A stretch of DNA of 64,000 nt from Bacteroidales bacterium (GTDB taxonomy: Bacteria > Bacteroidota > Bacteroidia > Bacteroidales > UBA3663): positions 1,665 through 65,664 of the forward strand of contig JAZUIL010000143.1 in the NCBI GenBank assembly GCA_045642245.1, in the 5' to 3' direction. The position numbers and the translations under genes were made by a program. The notes under the pieces are model-generated. The model worked only from the letters and a program-made list of their open reading frames with translations, ran no database searches and had not been told where the DNA came from. Positions 19,987 through 27,875 of this stretch are shown piece by piece (the stretch's first letter is position 1; every line of letters starts with the position of its first letter).

Positions 19987-21480
19987 ATGAAAGCATTCCG
20001 TTATCTCCTTCTTCTTCTATTTCTCTGTCCTACTTTGGCTTCGGCGCAAGTGTTGGTCAAGGACCACATTTTACATCCTAAGCAGTTCAACGAAGGTTAT
20101 TACGACGTAGAGCCGGATTTCGTTTTCCGAAACGAGTTCAACATGGAATTCCAGCATTGTCTGAACGAATATGCGGCTCGTTATCAGTTCGAACAGATGG
20201 AATTAAAGCTTCCAGAAGGCTACGCTATCGAGCAGATCATGTTCTTCGGTCATCATGATAACGGACAGTATGCCGTCACTATCAAGACCTTCGATGACGG
20301 TAGTGCAGATTATGTACTTCACATGTACAATAATCTTGACCGCTGCTACTCCAGCGTCAATCTCTCAGATAAGTTCCAGCGTTTCAGCCGCATCACCCAC
20401 TTTACCTACTTCCGTGGACTCTTCTATTTTAATATGGAAGCGATCGATGGTATCGTTGGCGATGTGGAACATACCTGTTTTTATTACATCTACTGCTACA
20501 ATCCTGAAACTGAGAATATTATTTGGGAGACAGAGAGCGAAACCTCTCGCGGCGAATTCCTGATCACAGACAATTATATCTTTGCAGGTTTTGGTGGAGA
20601 CAACAGCAACGACTTTGTCACCTTGCTAAATAGAGAGAATGGTATCAATATGTGTATGGCACCTATGCCGACACAGCCTACAGCCACCGGCATGGCAGGA
20701 GATACCATTTATTTCCAAGACTATCAAGGCGAGTTATACCGCTACCTCGTACAGCCACGAGGCGTAAGAGTTACTGGCAAAGGTGTTCGTCTGCGCCGTG
20801 GTCCTGGCACCAACTATGAGATTTTCTCCGACCCATTTACCGGTAAAACCGTCTATCCGCTCGAAAACGACATCCTGGCATACGTTGGTGAAACCAGCGA
20901 ATGGTATCAGGTACGCTTTATGGGCGAGAACCTCTATATCTCAAAGCAGTTCTCTACCCTCTACGAAGGCGAATCGAAGACACCTGCGACCTTAGCTTAC
21001 TTACAGTGGCAGCAGGCTACAATGAAGCGCAACGGCCAATATATAAGCCATCCTTACGCCTACTTCCCTATCCCTATTGAGAATGACAAAGGTATGTTTG
21101 TAGCCTTGGTCAACGACCAACAAGGTGCCGTCTTCTTCAAAGACGAAACAGACAAGCTTACGTTGATTACTGAAGGCGAGCCTTACAACATTCACATCTA
21201 TCCTGAGGTTGCTAGTGTCCGTTATTATTTCGGCAACGCCATCGGCTTAGAAGAAGAAGCTCTTTATATCTTCGAGAATGGTCGACTGTCTGAGACTTGG
21301 ATACGTTCTATCAAGCCTTTAGGCAATATTCATGAGCAAGACGAGATTGGTGTAGAAACCAAATGTACGCATACAGTCAACGGCAAAACAACAAATTGCA
21401 CCGAAGAGGAATTCGAGAAAATACAAAGCGCAATTTGTGAAACACAAGAATATTACATTGCTGATTCTTTTGATCTGTAA
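19987..21480 (+). CDS. Secreted hypothetical protein with an internal SH3b-like segment
   Basis: The ORF-track start (19873) overlaps hisB. The ATG at 19987 (1 nt after the hisB TAA) gives the signal peptide MKAFRYLLLLLFLCPTLASAQ. An SH3b-like stretch reads GVRLRRGPGTNYEIFSD...WYQVRFMGENLYISKQF. I recognise no family for the rest. Confidence 0.6.
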   Translation: MKAFRYLLLLLFLCPTLASAQVLVKDHILHPKQFNEGYYDVEPDFVFRNEFNMEFQHCLNEYAARYQFEQMELKLPEGYAIEQIMFFGHHDNGQYAVTIKTFDDGSADYVLHMYNNLDRCYSSVNLSDKFQRFSRITHFTYFRGLFYFNMEAIDGIVGDVEHTCFYYIYCYNPETENIIWETESETSRGEFLITDNYIFAGFGGDNSNDFVTLLNRENGINMCMAPMPTQPTATGMAGDTIYFQDYQGELYRYLVQPRGVRVTGKGVRLRRGPGTNYEIFSDPFTGKTVYPLENDILAYVGETSEWYQVRFMGENLYISKQFSTLYEGESKTPATLAYLQWQQATMKRNGQYISHPYAYFPIPIENDKGMFVALVNDQQGAVFFKDETDKLTLITEGEPYNIHIYPEVASVRYYFGNAIGLEEEALYIFENGRLSETWIRSIKPLGNIHEQDEIGVETKCTHTVNGKTTNCTEEEFEKIQSAICETQEYYIADSFDL

Positions 21481-21496
21481 GTAATCGCACGCTTTC

Positions 21497-21618
21497 GTAG
21501 AGTACCTTCCTATACATCGGAAGGTATCACAGATAATTGTAGAGTACCTTCTTGTTTACTTGAATGTATTATAGAAAATCGTAGAGTACCTTCCGTAATA
21601 TACGAAGGTACTCTACGA
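21497..21618. repeat. Array of GTAGAGTACCTTC repeats: three direct copies at exact 42-bp spacing plus one inverted copy
   Basis: Direct copies start at 21497, 21539 and 21581. The inverted copy at 21604-21616 forms a 15-bp perfect hairpin with copy 3 (21579-21618). Copy 1 also has a local hairpin TACCTTCC/GGAAGGTA (21503-21526). Confidence 0.8.
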
Positions 21619-21643
21619 TTTCATTTAGTACATTCTCGCTATC

Positions 21644-21825
21644 GTGAAACCGCCAAATGAATTCATGTAGAAGCTTCGCAAATGTTTAAAGGCTCCAAAC
21701 AAAACCATGCGTAGGTTTCACGAATTTGAGAAGCCTCCAATTGAATTTGTATGGAGGCTTCACTCTTTCACAAAGCATACATATAAACAGAACTGGAGGT
21801 TCTACATAAATGTAAAGCCTCCAGT
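21644..21825. repeat. Cluster of related hairpins built on GGAGGCTT/AAGCCTCC
   Basis: GTGAAACC (21644) pairs with GGTTTCAC (21714). GAAGCCTCCA/TGGAGGCTTC forms a perfect 10-bp stem (21730-21761). ACTGGAGG/CCTCCAGT plus inner TACAT/ATGTA forms another hairpin (21792-21825). A GAAGCTTC palindrome sits at 21670. Confidence 0.75.
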
Positions 21826-21873
21826 AAAATCTATTGGTAAATTTCAGGGGAAAAAAAATCCTATTATTCTGGG

Positions 21874-22665
21874 TTAGAGATTACCGCGCTCCTTATCAAG
21901 ATAATACTTGTAAGTACCAACAGTAAGCTCATCACATGCAGGCTCGTCACAAACGACAATAGCATGAGGATGAAGCTGGAGCATAGAAGCAGTCCACTTG
22001 TGGCTGATATCTCCATCGATGATGTGCTTAAGAGCACGTGACTTATGATGACCATTACAAACCAGAAGTACCTCCTTTGCTGCCATTACAGTGCCAATAC
22101 CAACGGTAAGTGCCTGAGAAGGAACCTTAGACATATCACCATCGAAGAAACGGCTATTAGCAATCATGGTATCTGTAGTAAGGGTCTTCACACGAGTCTT
22201 AGAAGAAAGGGAACTGCCTGGCTCATTGAAAGCCAAATGGCCGTCAGGACCAACACCACCCATGAAAAGGTCGATGCCACCTGCAGCTTCAATAGCAGCT
22301 TCATATGCTTCGCACTCTGCCTTCAGATCCTTAGCATTACCATTGAGGATATGAACATTCTCCTTCTTGATATCAATATGCGAGAAGAAGTTAGTCCACA
22401 TAAATGAATGATAAGACTCTGGATGATCCTCAGGAAGATTAACGTACTCATCCATGTTGAAGGTAATTACATTCTGGAAAGAAATTTTACCTTCCTTGTA
22501 CATACGGATCAACTCACGATAAAGACCAAGTGGTGAAGATCCGGTTGGGCAACCTAACTTGAATGGCTTTTCAGGTGTAGGGTTTGCCTCAATGATTCGG
22601 CTAGCTACGTAATTAGCTGCCCAAGCAGACATCTTGTCGTAGTCTGGCTCAATGATTACTCTCAT
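21874..22665 (-). CDS. nagB: Glucosamine-6-phosphate deaminase
   Basis: 263 aa with MRVIIEPDYDKMSAWAANYVASRI and GIGTVM...NGHHKSRAL, typical of NagB. Confidence 0.9.
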   Translation of the reverse strand: MRVIIEPDYDKMSAWAANYVASRIIEANPTPEKPFKLGCPTGSSPLGLYRELIRMYKEGKISFQNVITFNMDEYVNLPEDHPESYHSFMWTNFFSHIDIKKENVHILNGNAKDLKAECEAYEAAIEAAGGIDLFMGGVGPDGHLAFNEPGSSLSSKTRVKTLTTDTMIANSRFFDGDMSKVPSQALTVGIGTVMAAKEVLLVCNGHHKSRALKHIIDGDISHKWTASMLQLHPHAIVVCDEPACDELTVGTYKYYLDKERGNL

Positions 22666-22784
22666 ACTTTTTTAGTTATTAATTATGTGTAAACACCACA
22701 GGACCTGCTACCAAAAAGTACAAACGGAGGGGTTTCCCGTGGATTAAATCGTCTATTAGCTATACTAATTCAGGAATAGATATG

Positions 22785-22823
22785 AAGAAATAGTGTGTCA
22801 TATTATTAGACACACTATTTCTT
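22785..22823 (-). terminator. Terminator hairpin after ppdK
   Basis: Perfect 15-bp stem AAGAAATAGTGTGTC / GACACACTATTTCTT, 14 nt beyond the ppdK stop. The downstream T-run is weak. Confidence 0.6.
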
Positions 22824-22836
22824 ATATTTGATCTGA

Positions 22837-25566
22837 TTACTCCTCAACAGCAGCCTGGGCGGCAGCAAGACGAGCAATAGGTACACGGAATGGAGAACAT
22901 GAAACATAGTTTAAGCCTGCGCGATGACAGAACTTAACTGATGAAGGCTCACCACCGTGCTCACCACAGATACCGCACTTGAGTTCAGGACGTACTGAGC
23001 GACCCTTCTCAACTGCCATCTTAATGAGCTGACCTACACCCTTCTGGTCGAGTACCTGGAATGGGTCAACCTTAAGGATCTTCTTCTCCAAGTAAACTGG
23101 GAGGAATGAAGCGATATCGTCGCGTGAGTAACCGAAGGTCATCTGGGTCAAGTCGTTGGTACCGAATGAGAAGTACTCAGCGCGAGCAGCAACAGCGTCA
23201 GCGGTAAGAGCAGCACGTGGAATCTCGATCATAGTACCTACCTTGAAGTTGAATGGCTCGATGCCTTCCTCCTCAAAGAGAGCAGCAGCAGTCTTGCGGA
23301 TGATAGCCTCCTGCATATCGAACTCGTGGTGACGGCCTACGAGTGGAACCATGATCTCTGGGATTGGGTTCATACCCTCCTTCTTCAACTGGATAGCAGC
23401 GCCGAGGATAGCACGTGTCTGCATCTCAGTGATCTCAGGATAGGTGATGCCGAGACGACAACCACGGTGACCGAGCATTGGGTTGTTCTCATTAAGAGAG
23501 GCTACACGAGCCTTGATGTAATCGATGGTTACGCCCATTGCCTCAGCCATCTCCTGCTGACCCTTCTGATCATGTGGTACGAACTCGTGGAGAGGTGGAT
23601 CGAGAAGACGGATGTTAACTGCGAGGCCGTCCATTGCTTTGAGGATGCCATAGAAGTCAGCCTTCTGGTATGGAAGGAGCTTAGCAAGAGCCTTCTTACG
23701 ACCCTCAACATTCTCAGCGAGGATCATCTCACGCATTGCCTTGATCTTCTCACCCTCGAAGAACATGTGCTCGGTACGGCAGAGACCGATACCTACAGCA
23801 CCGAAGTCGCGAGCAACCTGTGCATCGTGTGGAGTATCAGCGTTGGTACGAACTACGAGCTTGGTGTACTTGTTACAGAGGTCCATGAGCTCAGCGAAGT
23901 CGCCTGAGATCTCAGCAGCCTTGGTCTCAACCTGACCGAGGAGCACCTGACCGGTAGAACCGTTGATTGAGATGTAATCACCCTCCTTGAGAGTAACGTC
24001 CTCGATCTTGACAGTCTTAGCAACATAGTCAACCTGGATGCCACCTGCACCTGATACGCAACACTTACCCATACCACGAGCAACAACAGCAGCGTGAGAG
24101 GTCATACCACCACGAGCGGTAAGGATACCCTCAGCAGCAGCCATACCTGCGAGGTCCTCAGGAGAGGTCTCGATACGAACCATGACTACCTTGTGGCCAT
24201 TCTTGTGCCATGCCTCAGCGTCGTCAGCTGAGAATACGATCTGACCGGTAGCAGCACCTGGAGATGCAGGAAGACCGGTGGTAAGAACGCGTGCCTTCTT
24301 GAGAGCAGCCTTGTCGAATACTGGGTGGAGCAACTCGTCGAGCTTCTGTGGCTCGCAGCGCTGGAGAGCGGTCTTCTCGTCGATGAGGCCTTCCTTAACG
24401 AGGTCCATAGCGATCTTAACCATAGCAGTACCTGTACGCTTACCGTTACGTGTCTGGAGGAACCAGAGCTTGCCCTCCTGAACGGTGAACTCCATATCCT
24501 GCATATCGTGGTAGTGATTCTCGAGCTTGTTCTGAAGAGCATCGAGCTCCTTATAAAGCTCTGGCATAGCCTCCTCCATTGAAGGATACTTAGCAACACG
24601 CTCCTCCTCAGAGATCTCAGCACGCTGAGCCCAGCGGCGTGAACCCTCGATGGTAATCTGCTGTGGGGTACGGATACCAGCCACAACGTCCTCACCCTGA
24701 GCGTTGATCAAGTACTCACCGTTGAAGATGTTCTCACCAGTAGCTGCGTCACGGCTGAAGCATACACCAGTAGCAGAGGTGTTGCCCATGTTACCGAATA
24801 CCATGGCCATAACCGAAACAGCGGTACCCCACTCTGCTGGGATGCCCTCCATCTTACGATAGAGGATAGCTCGCTCGTTCATCCATGAATCGAATACTGC
24901 ACAGATAGCGCCCCAGAGCTGCTCGTAAACGTCAACTGGGAAAGCCTTACCGGTGCGCTCCTTAATCATAGCCTTGAACTTGGTAACCAACTCCTGGAGG
25001 CCTTCAACTGGAATATCCTTATCGAGGACAACATTATACTCTTCCTTTACCTTCTCGATAATAGCCTCGAATGGATCGATGTCAGTCTTGTTTACTGGCT
25101 TAAGACCCATTACAACGTCGCCATACATCTGAACGAAACGACGGTAGCTATCCCATGCGAAGCGTGGGTTGCCGGTCTTCTTAGAGAGACCCTCAACTAC
25201 CTCATCGTTCAAACCAAGGTTGAGGATAGTATCCATCATACCTGGCATAGAGGCGCGAGCACCAGAACGTACAGAAAGAAGAAGTGGATTAGTAGCATCG
25301 CCAAGAGTGCTGTTCATGAGACCCTCGATGTGCTTTACTGCAGCGAGGACATCATTCTTAAGAACGGCTACAACATTGTCTTTGCCAATCTCATAATACT
25401 CATTACAAACATCGGTGGTGATAGTAAATCCTGGAGGAACAGGTACACCGATGAGATTCATTTCAGCGAGGTTGGCACCTTTGCCACCAAGCTCATTACG
25501 CATGTTTGCATTACCCTCGGCTTTACCGTTACCAAAGGTATAAACGCGTTTTTTGTTTTCTGCCAT
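22837..25566 (-). CDS. ppdK: Pyruvate, phosphate dikinase
   Basis: 909 aa with an ATP-grasp N-terminus, the phosphohistidine motif GGMTSHAAVVARG and a PEP-utilizer TIM barrel (FFSFGTNDLTQ). Confidence 0.95.
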   Translation of the reverse strand: MAENKKRVYTFGNGKAEGNANMRNELGGKGANLAEMNLIGVPVPPGFTITTDVCNEYYEIGKDNVVAVLKNDVLAAVKHIEGLMNSTLGDATNPLLLSVRSGARASMPGMMDTILNLGLNDEVVEGLSKKTGNPRFAWDSYRRFVQMYGDVVMGLKPVNKTDIDPFEAIIEKVKEEYNVVLDKDIPVEGLQELVTKFKAMIKERTGKAFPVDVYEQLWGAICAVFDSWMNERAILYRKMEGIPAEWGTAVSVMAMVFGNMGNTSATGVCFSRDAATGENIFNGEYLINAQGEDVVAGIRTPQQITIEGSRRWAQRAEISEEERVAKYPSMEEAMPELYKELDALQNKLENHYHDMQDMEFTVQEGKLWFLQTRNGKRTGTAMVKIAMDLVKEGLIDEKTALQRCEPQKLDELLHPVFDKAALKKARVLTTGLPASPGAATGQIVFSADDAEAWHKNGHKVVMVRIETSPEDLAGMAAAEGILTARGGMTSHAAVVARGMGKCCVSGAGGIQVDYVAKTVKIEDVTLKEGDYISINGSTGQVLLGQVETKAAEISGDFAELMDLCNKYTKLVVRTNADTPHDAQVARDFGAVGIGLCRTEHMFFEGEKIKAMREMILAENVEGRKKALAKLLPYQKADFYGILKAMDGLAVNIRLLDPPLHEFVPHDQKGQQEMAEAMGVTIDYIKARVASLNENNPMLGHRGCRLGITYPEITEMQTRAILGAAIQLKKEGMNPIPEIMVPLVGRHHEFDMQEAIIRKTAAALFEEEGIEPFNFKVGTMIEIPRAALTADAVAARAEYFSFGTNDLTQMTFGYSRDDIASFLPVYLEKKILKVDPFQVLDQKGVGQLIKMAVEKGRSVRPELKCGICGEHGGEPSSVKFCHRAGLNYVSCSPFRVPIARLAAAQAAVEE

Positions 25567-25717
25567 AGTGAAAAAACAGTGTTTGATTGATTGAAGGTAT
25601 GTAAAATATTAAATCACTATGATTGGCCGCCGGGAGAGAGTATTTTTTGCCCCGACGCTTCTTCATTTATATATTTCAATATGTTTTGAGACCATCAGAG
25701 GCCTCAATTAATGTCTG

Positions 25718-25725
25718 CAAAGATA
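25718..25725 (-). promoter_or_regulatory. -7 promoter box TATCTTTG for ppdK (implies a ~145-nt leader)
   Basis: The plus strand reads CAAAGATA in the 297-bp gap upstream of ppdK. Confidence 0.5.
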
Positions 25726-25863
25726 GTCACTTTTTATCGCCTCACCAAATTTTTTTGACATATTTTAAGCGATTTCTACAAAAACCAAGGATTGTAAATA
25801 TAAAAACATGTTGTTAAACATATTTTCCCCGACCTATTGTAGTAAAATGCTATCTGACACAAA

Positions 25864-26658
25864 TTAATACTTATCCACTTTTATGTCAGTCTTAGTTCCC
25901 TTTGGGACAACACTAACTTGATCAGCATCGATCTCAAACTTGGCACAAAGCATATCTGTAAGGCGTACACAAAGGGTAATCTTATGCTTCGGAATTGGAT
26001 TTCCTTCGCTATCGAGAACCTGATGACCAAAACGATCGGTCTGGAACTCAGTCTTGCTAATTATCTCCTTTGTACTTACCAATTCGGCCACATGACCTTT
26101 AAGCTGACCGGCAAGAATCAGTACTGATTGACCTGGCTTAAATTCAGGGGCCTCCATCTGATAAGCATATTCCGATTCCGTCAATGCACGGAATGTTGCC
26201 ATCTCCTGATCAGGAATTGGCTGAGGACGATGTTTACTCTTATCGCTCATGAAACCGACAACGTATTCCTTATATTTACTATAGAATAAAGGATCTCGAT
26301 CATCGAGTGCACAATGAACAAAGATAACACCAGGAATGACAATCTTCTCCTTCCATACCATACGGTCAGATAGTTTCACACGGACTCGTGCCACTGGGAC
26401 ATAACATTCCATGAGGACTTTTTCCGGAACGATCTCCACAAATAAGTCTTCTTTTTTTGCCTTTCCACGACGGACGCCCTTTTTCTCCTGTTCAATACCC
26501 ATCAGGTAATCATGGATCTGGAGTTCATGTTGAGGATGCACATAACAAGCATACCAATGAACAGTGCGATTGAACTTTAGTTTTTCACGCTGGATTTTTA
26601 CATATTCGTCATCACATTCAGCAAGCGAACGCAATGGCGCAGATTCTTTACTTGTCAT
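25864..26658 (-). CDS. NusG/UpxY-like transcription antitermination paralog, enlarged (264 aa)
   Basis: NGN-like motifs HWYACYVHPQHELQIHDYL, VIPGVIFVHC and VVGFMSDKSKHRPQPIPDQEM, plus a KOW-like FKPGQSVLILAGQLKGHVAELVS. It also carries an N-terminal extension and two insertions. Confidence 0.65.
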   Translation of the reverse strand: MTSKESAPLRSLAECDDEYVKIQREKLKFNRTVHWYACYVHPQHELQIHDYLMGIEQEKKGVRRGKAKKEDLFVEIVPEKVLMECYVPVARVRVKLSDRMVWKEKIVIPGVIFVHCALDDRDPLFYSKYKEYVVGFMSDKSKHRPQPIPDQEMATFRALTESEYAYQMEAPEFKPGQSVLILAGQLKGHVAELVSTKEIISKTEFQTDRFGHQVLDSEGNPIPKHKITLCVRLTDMLCAKFEIDADQVSVVPKGTKTDIKVDKY

Positions 26659-26676
26659 TATATCTTTTAATTAATA

Positions 26677-26697
26677 AATAAGGAGGTTCTCCTTATT
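26677..26697 (-). terminator. Hairpin between the GT4 gene and the NusG-like gene
   Basis: AATAAGGAG gtt CTCCTTATT forms a perfect 9-bp stem. On the minus strand it is followed by TTATTAATTAAAAG. Confidence 0.45.
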
Positions 26698-26702
26698 CAA
26701 TT

Positions 26703-27827
26703 CTATATTAACGATAAAAGGTTTTGGGTCATGAAAGACCATGAATACTGTCGTTTCTCATCAAGGATTCCATCTGTAAAATCCGGCCGCTGAGTAACAA
26801 AGTCTTGTATTGCATAAGCAATAGCATCAATTGTTGGGTCTACGGCATAACCGACTTTTCCATCTGGCACTATTTCTGCAAGACCTCCTACTCTAGTCAC
26901 CAGCATCGGTTTCTCAAAATGATAAGCAATTTGAGTTACACCCGATTGAGTGGCAGTCTTATATGGTTGCACGATGAGATCTGCTGCACCAAAATAAAAC
27001 TTCACATCACTGTCTGGCACAAATTCTGATCGCCAGATAAGATGATCATCTATACCAAGATGCTCTGCTAAGTCGTGATATTTTGTTCCATCACTATAAA
27101 ATTCACCAGCAATAATCAAATAATAATCATTATTAGAAGACTGGTTCTGTATGAATTTTGCAAAGGCTTCAAGCAACCAATCAAGGCCTTTATAGTCACG
27201 AATCAAGCCGAAGAACAGCAGATATCGCTTATCCAATGTTATTCCCAATTTATCACAAGCAACATCTCGTGAAACTTTATCTCCAAAATTATCATATAAC
27301 GGATGTGGAGAAAAAACTCTTGGTAACTGCTTATTGAACAGAGAAATCTCCTCAAGTACCGACTTCGAAAGAGAAACTGCCGCATCAATTGATCCGATAA
27401 AATAGCGACTGAACATCTTATCCCCTGGACGATGTTCATGAGGAATCAGATTATGCAGCAATGCTATGACTCTAGTATGATTATTTCCTTTTGCCAGACG
27501 ACAAATAGTACCTAAAGCTGGCGCCATGAATGGTAACCAATAGGCTACAACCAGCAAATCTGGGTTTTCTTTTTTAATGCGACGGCCAGTACTGAGCCAT
27601 GAAATAGGATTACAGCTATTAATACATCGCTCTATCACCAAATCTTTAGGTGCAGGTTCTACGCTATATTGAGTCTTCCCCGGGAACAAGAAACCCGGGT
27701 ACTGAAGAGTAAAAGTATAGAGACGAACTATGTGCCCCTCAGCTTGCAACTGAAGTGCCAATCTCTCGTTAAAAGCCGCAATACCCCCACGATAAGGCCA
27801 AGCAGGTCCGAGTATTGAAATCTTCAT
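26703..27827 (-). CDS. Glycosyltransferase, GT4 (GT-B fold) family
   Basis: 374 aa. N-terminus MKISILGPAWPYRGGIAAFNERLA. The C-terminal half has GT1/GT4-like YLLFFGLIRDYKGLD and VQPYKTATQSGV segments. Confidence 0.7.
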   Translation of the reverse strand: MKISILGPAWPYRGGIAAFNERLALQLQAEGHIVRLYTFTLQYPGFLFPGKTQYSVEPAPKDLVIERCINSCNPISWLSTGRRIKKENPDLLVVAYWLPFMAPALGTICRLAKGNNHTRVIALLHNLIPHEHRPGDKMFSRYFIGSIDAAVSLSKSVLEEISLFNKQLPRVFSPHPLYDNFGDKVSRDVACDKLGITLDKRYLLFFGLIRDYKGLDWLLEAFAKFIQNQSSNNDYYLIIAGEFYSDGTKYHDLAEHLGIDDHLIWRSEFVPDSDVKFYFGAADLIVQPYKTATQSGVTQIAYHFEKPMLVTRVGGLAEIVPDGKVGYAVDPTIDAIAYAIQDFVTQRPDFTDGILDEKRQYSWSFMTQNLLSLI

Positions 27828-27875
27828 AGAAATTTCAATAGTTTTTTGATTGAGTTATCTTAAATTGAATGGATA

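Noticed and set aside
21497-21618. 42-bp phased GTAGAGTACCTTC repeats as a possible mini-CRISPR array
   Set aside because: The repeats are only 13 nt with ~29-nt spacers, there are only three direct copies plus an inverted one, and no cas genes are nearby. I report them as a repeat/regulatory array instead.
23326-23907. 193-aa plus-strand ORF, and several other 60-170-aa ORFs, inside ppdK (e.g. 24186..24695, 24325..24582)
   Set aside because: They are antisense or out-of-frame to a strongly supported 909-aa gene. Their low-complexity, Ser/Leu/Arg-rich translations are typical of shadow ORFs in a codon-biased, highly expressed gene.
26681-26686. AGGAGG upstream of the NusG-like gene as a Shine-Dalgarno site
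   Set aside because: It is on the plus strand as part of the hairpin arm, while the gene is on the minus strand. Bacteroidota generally do not rely on SD pairing.
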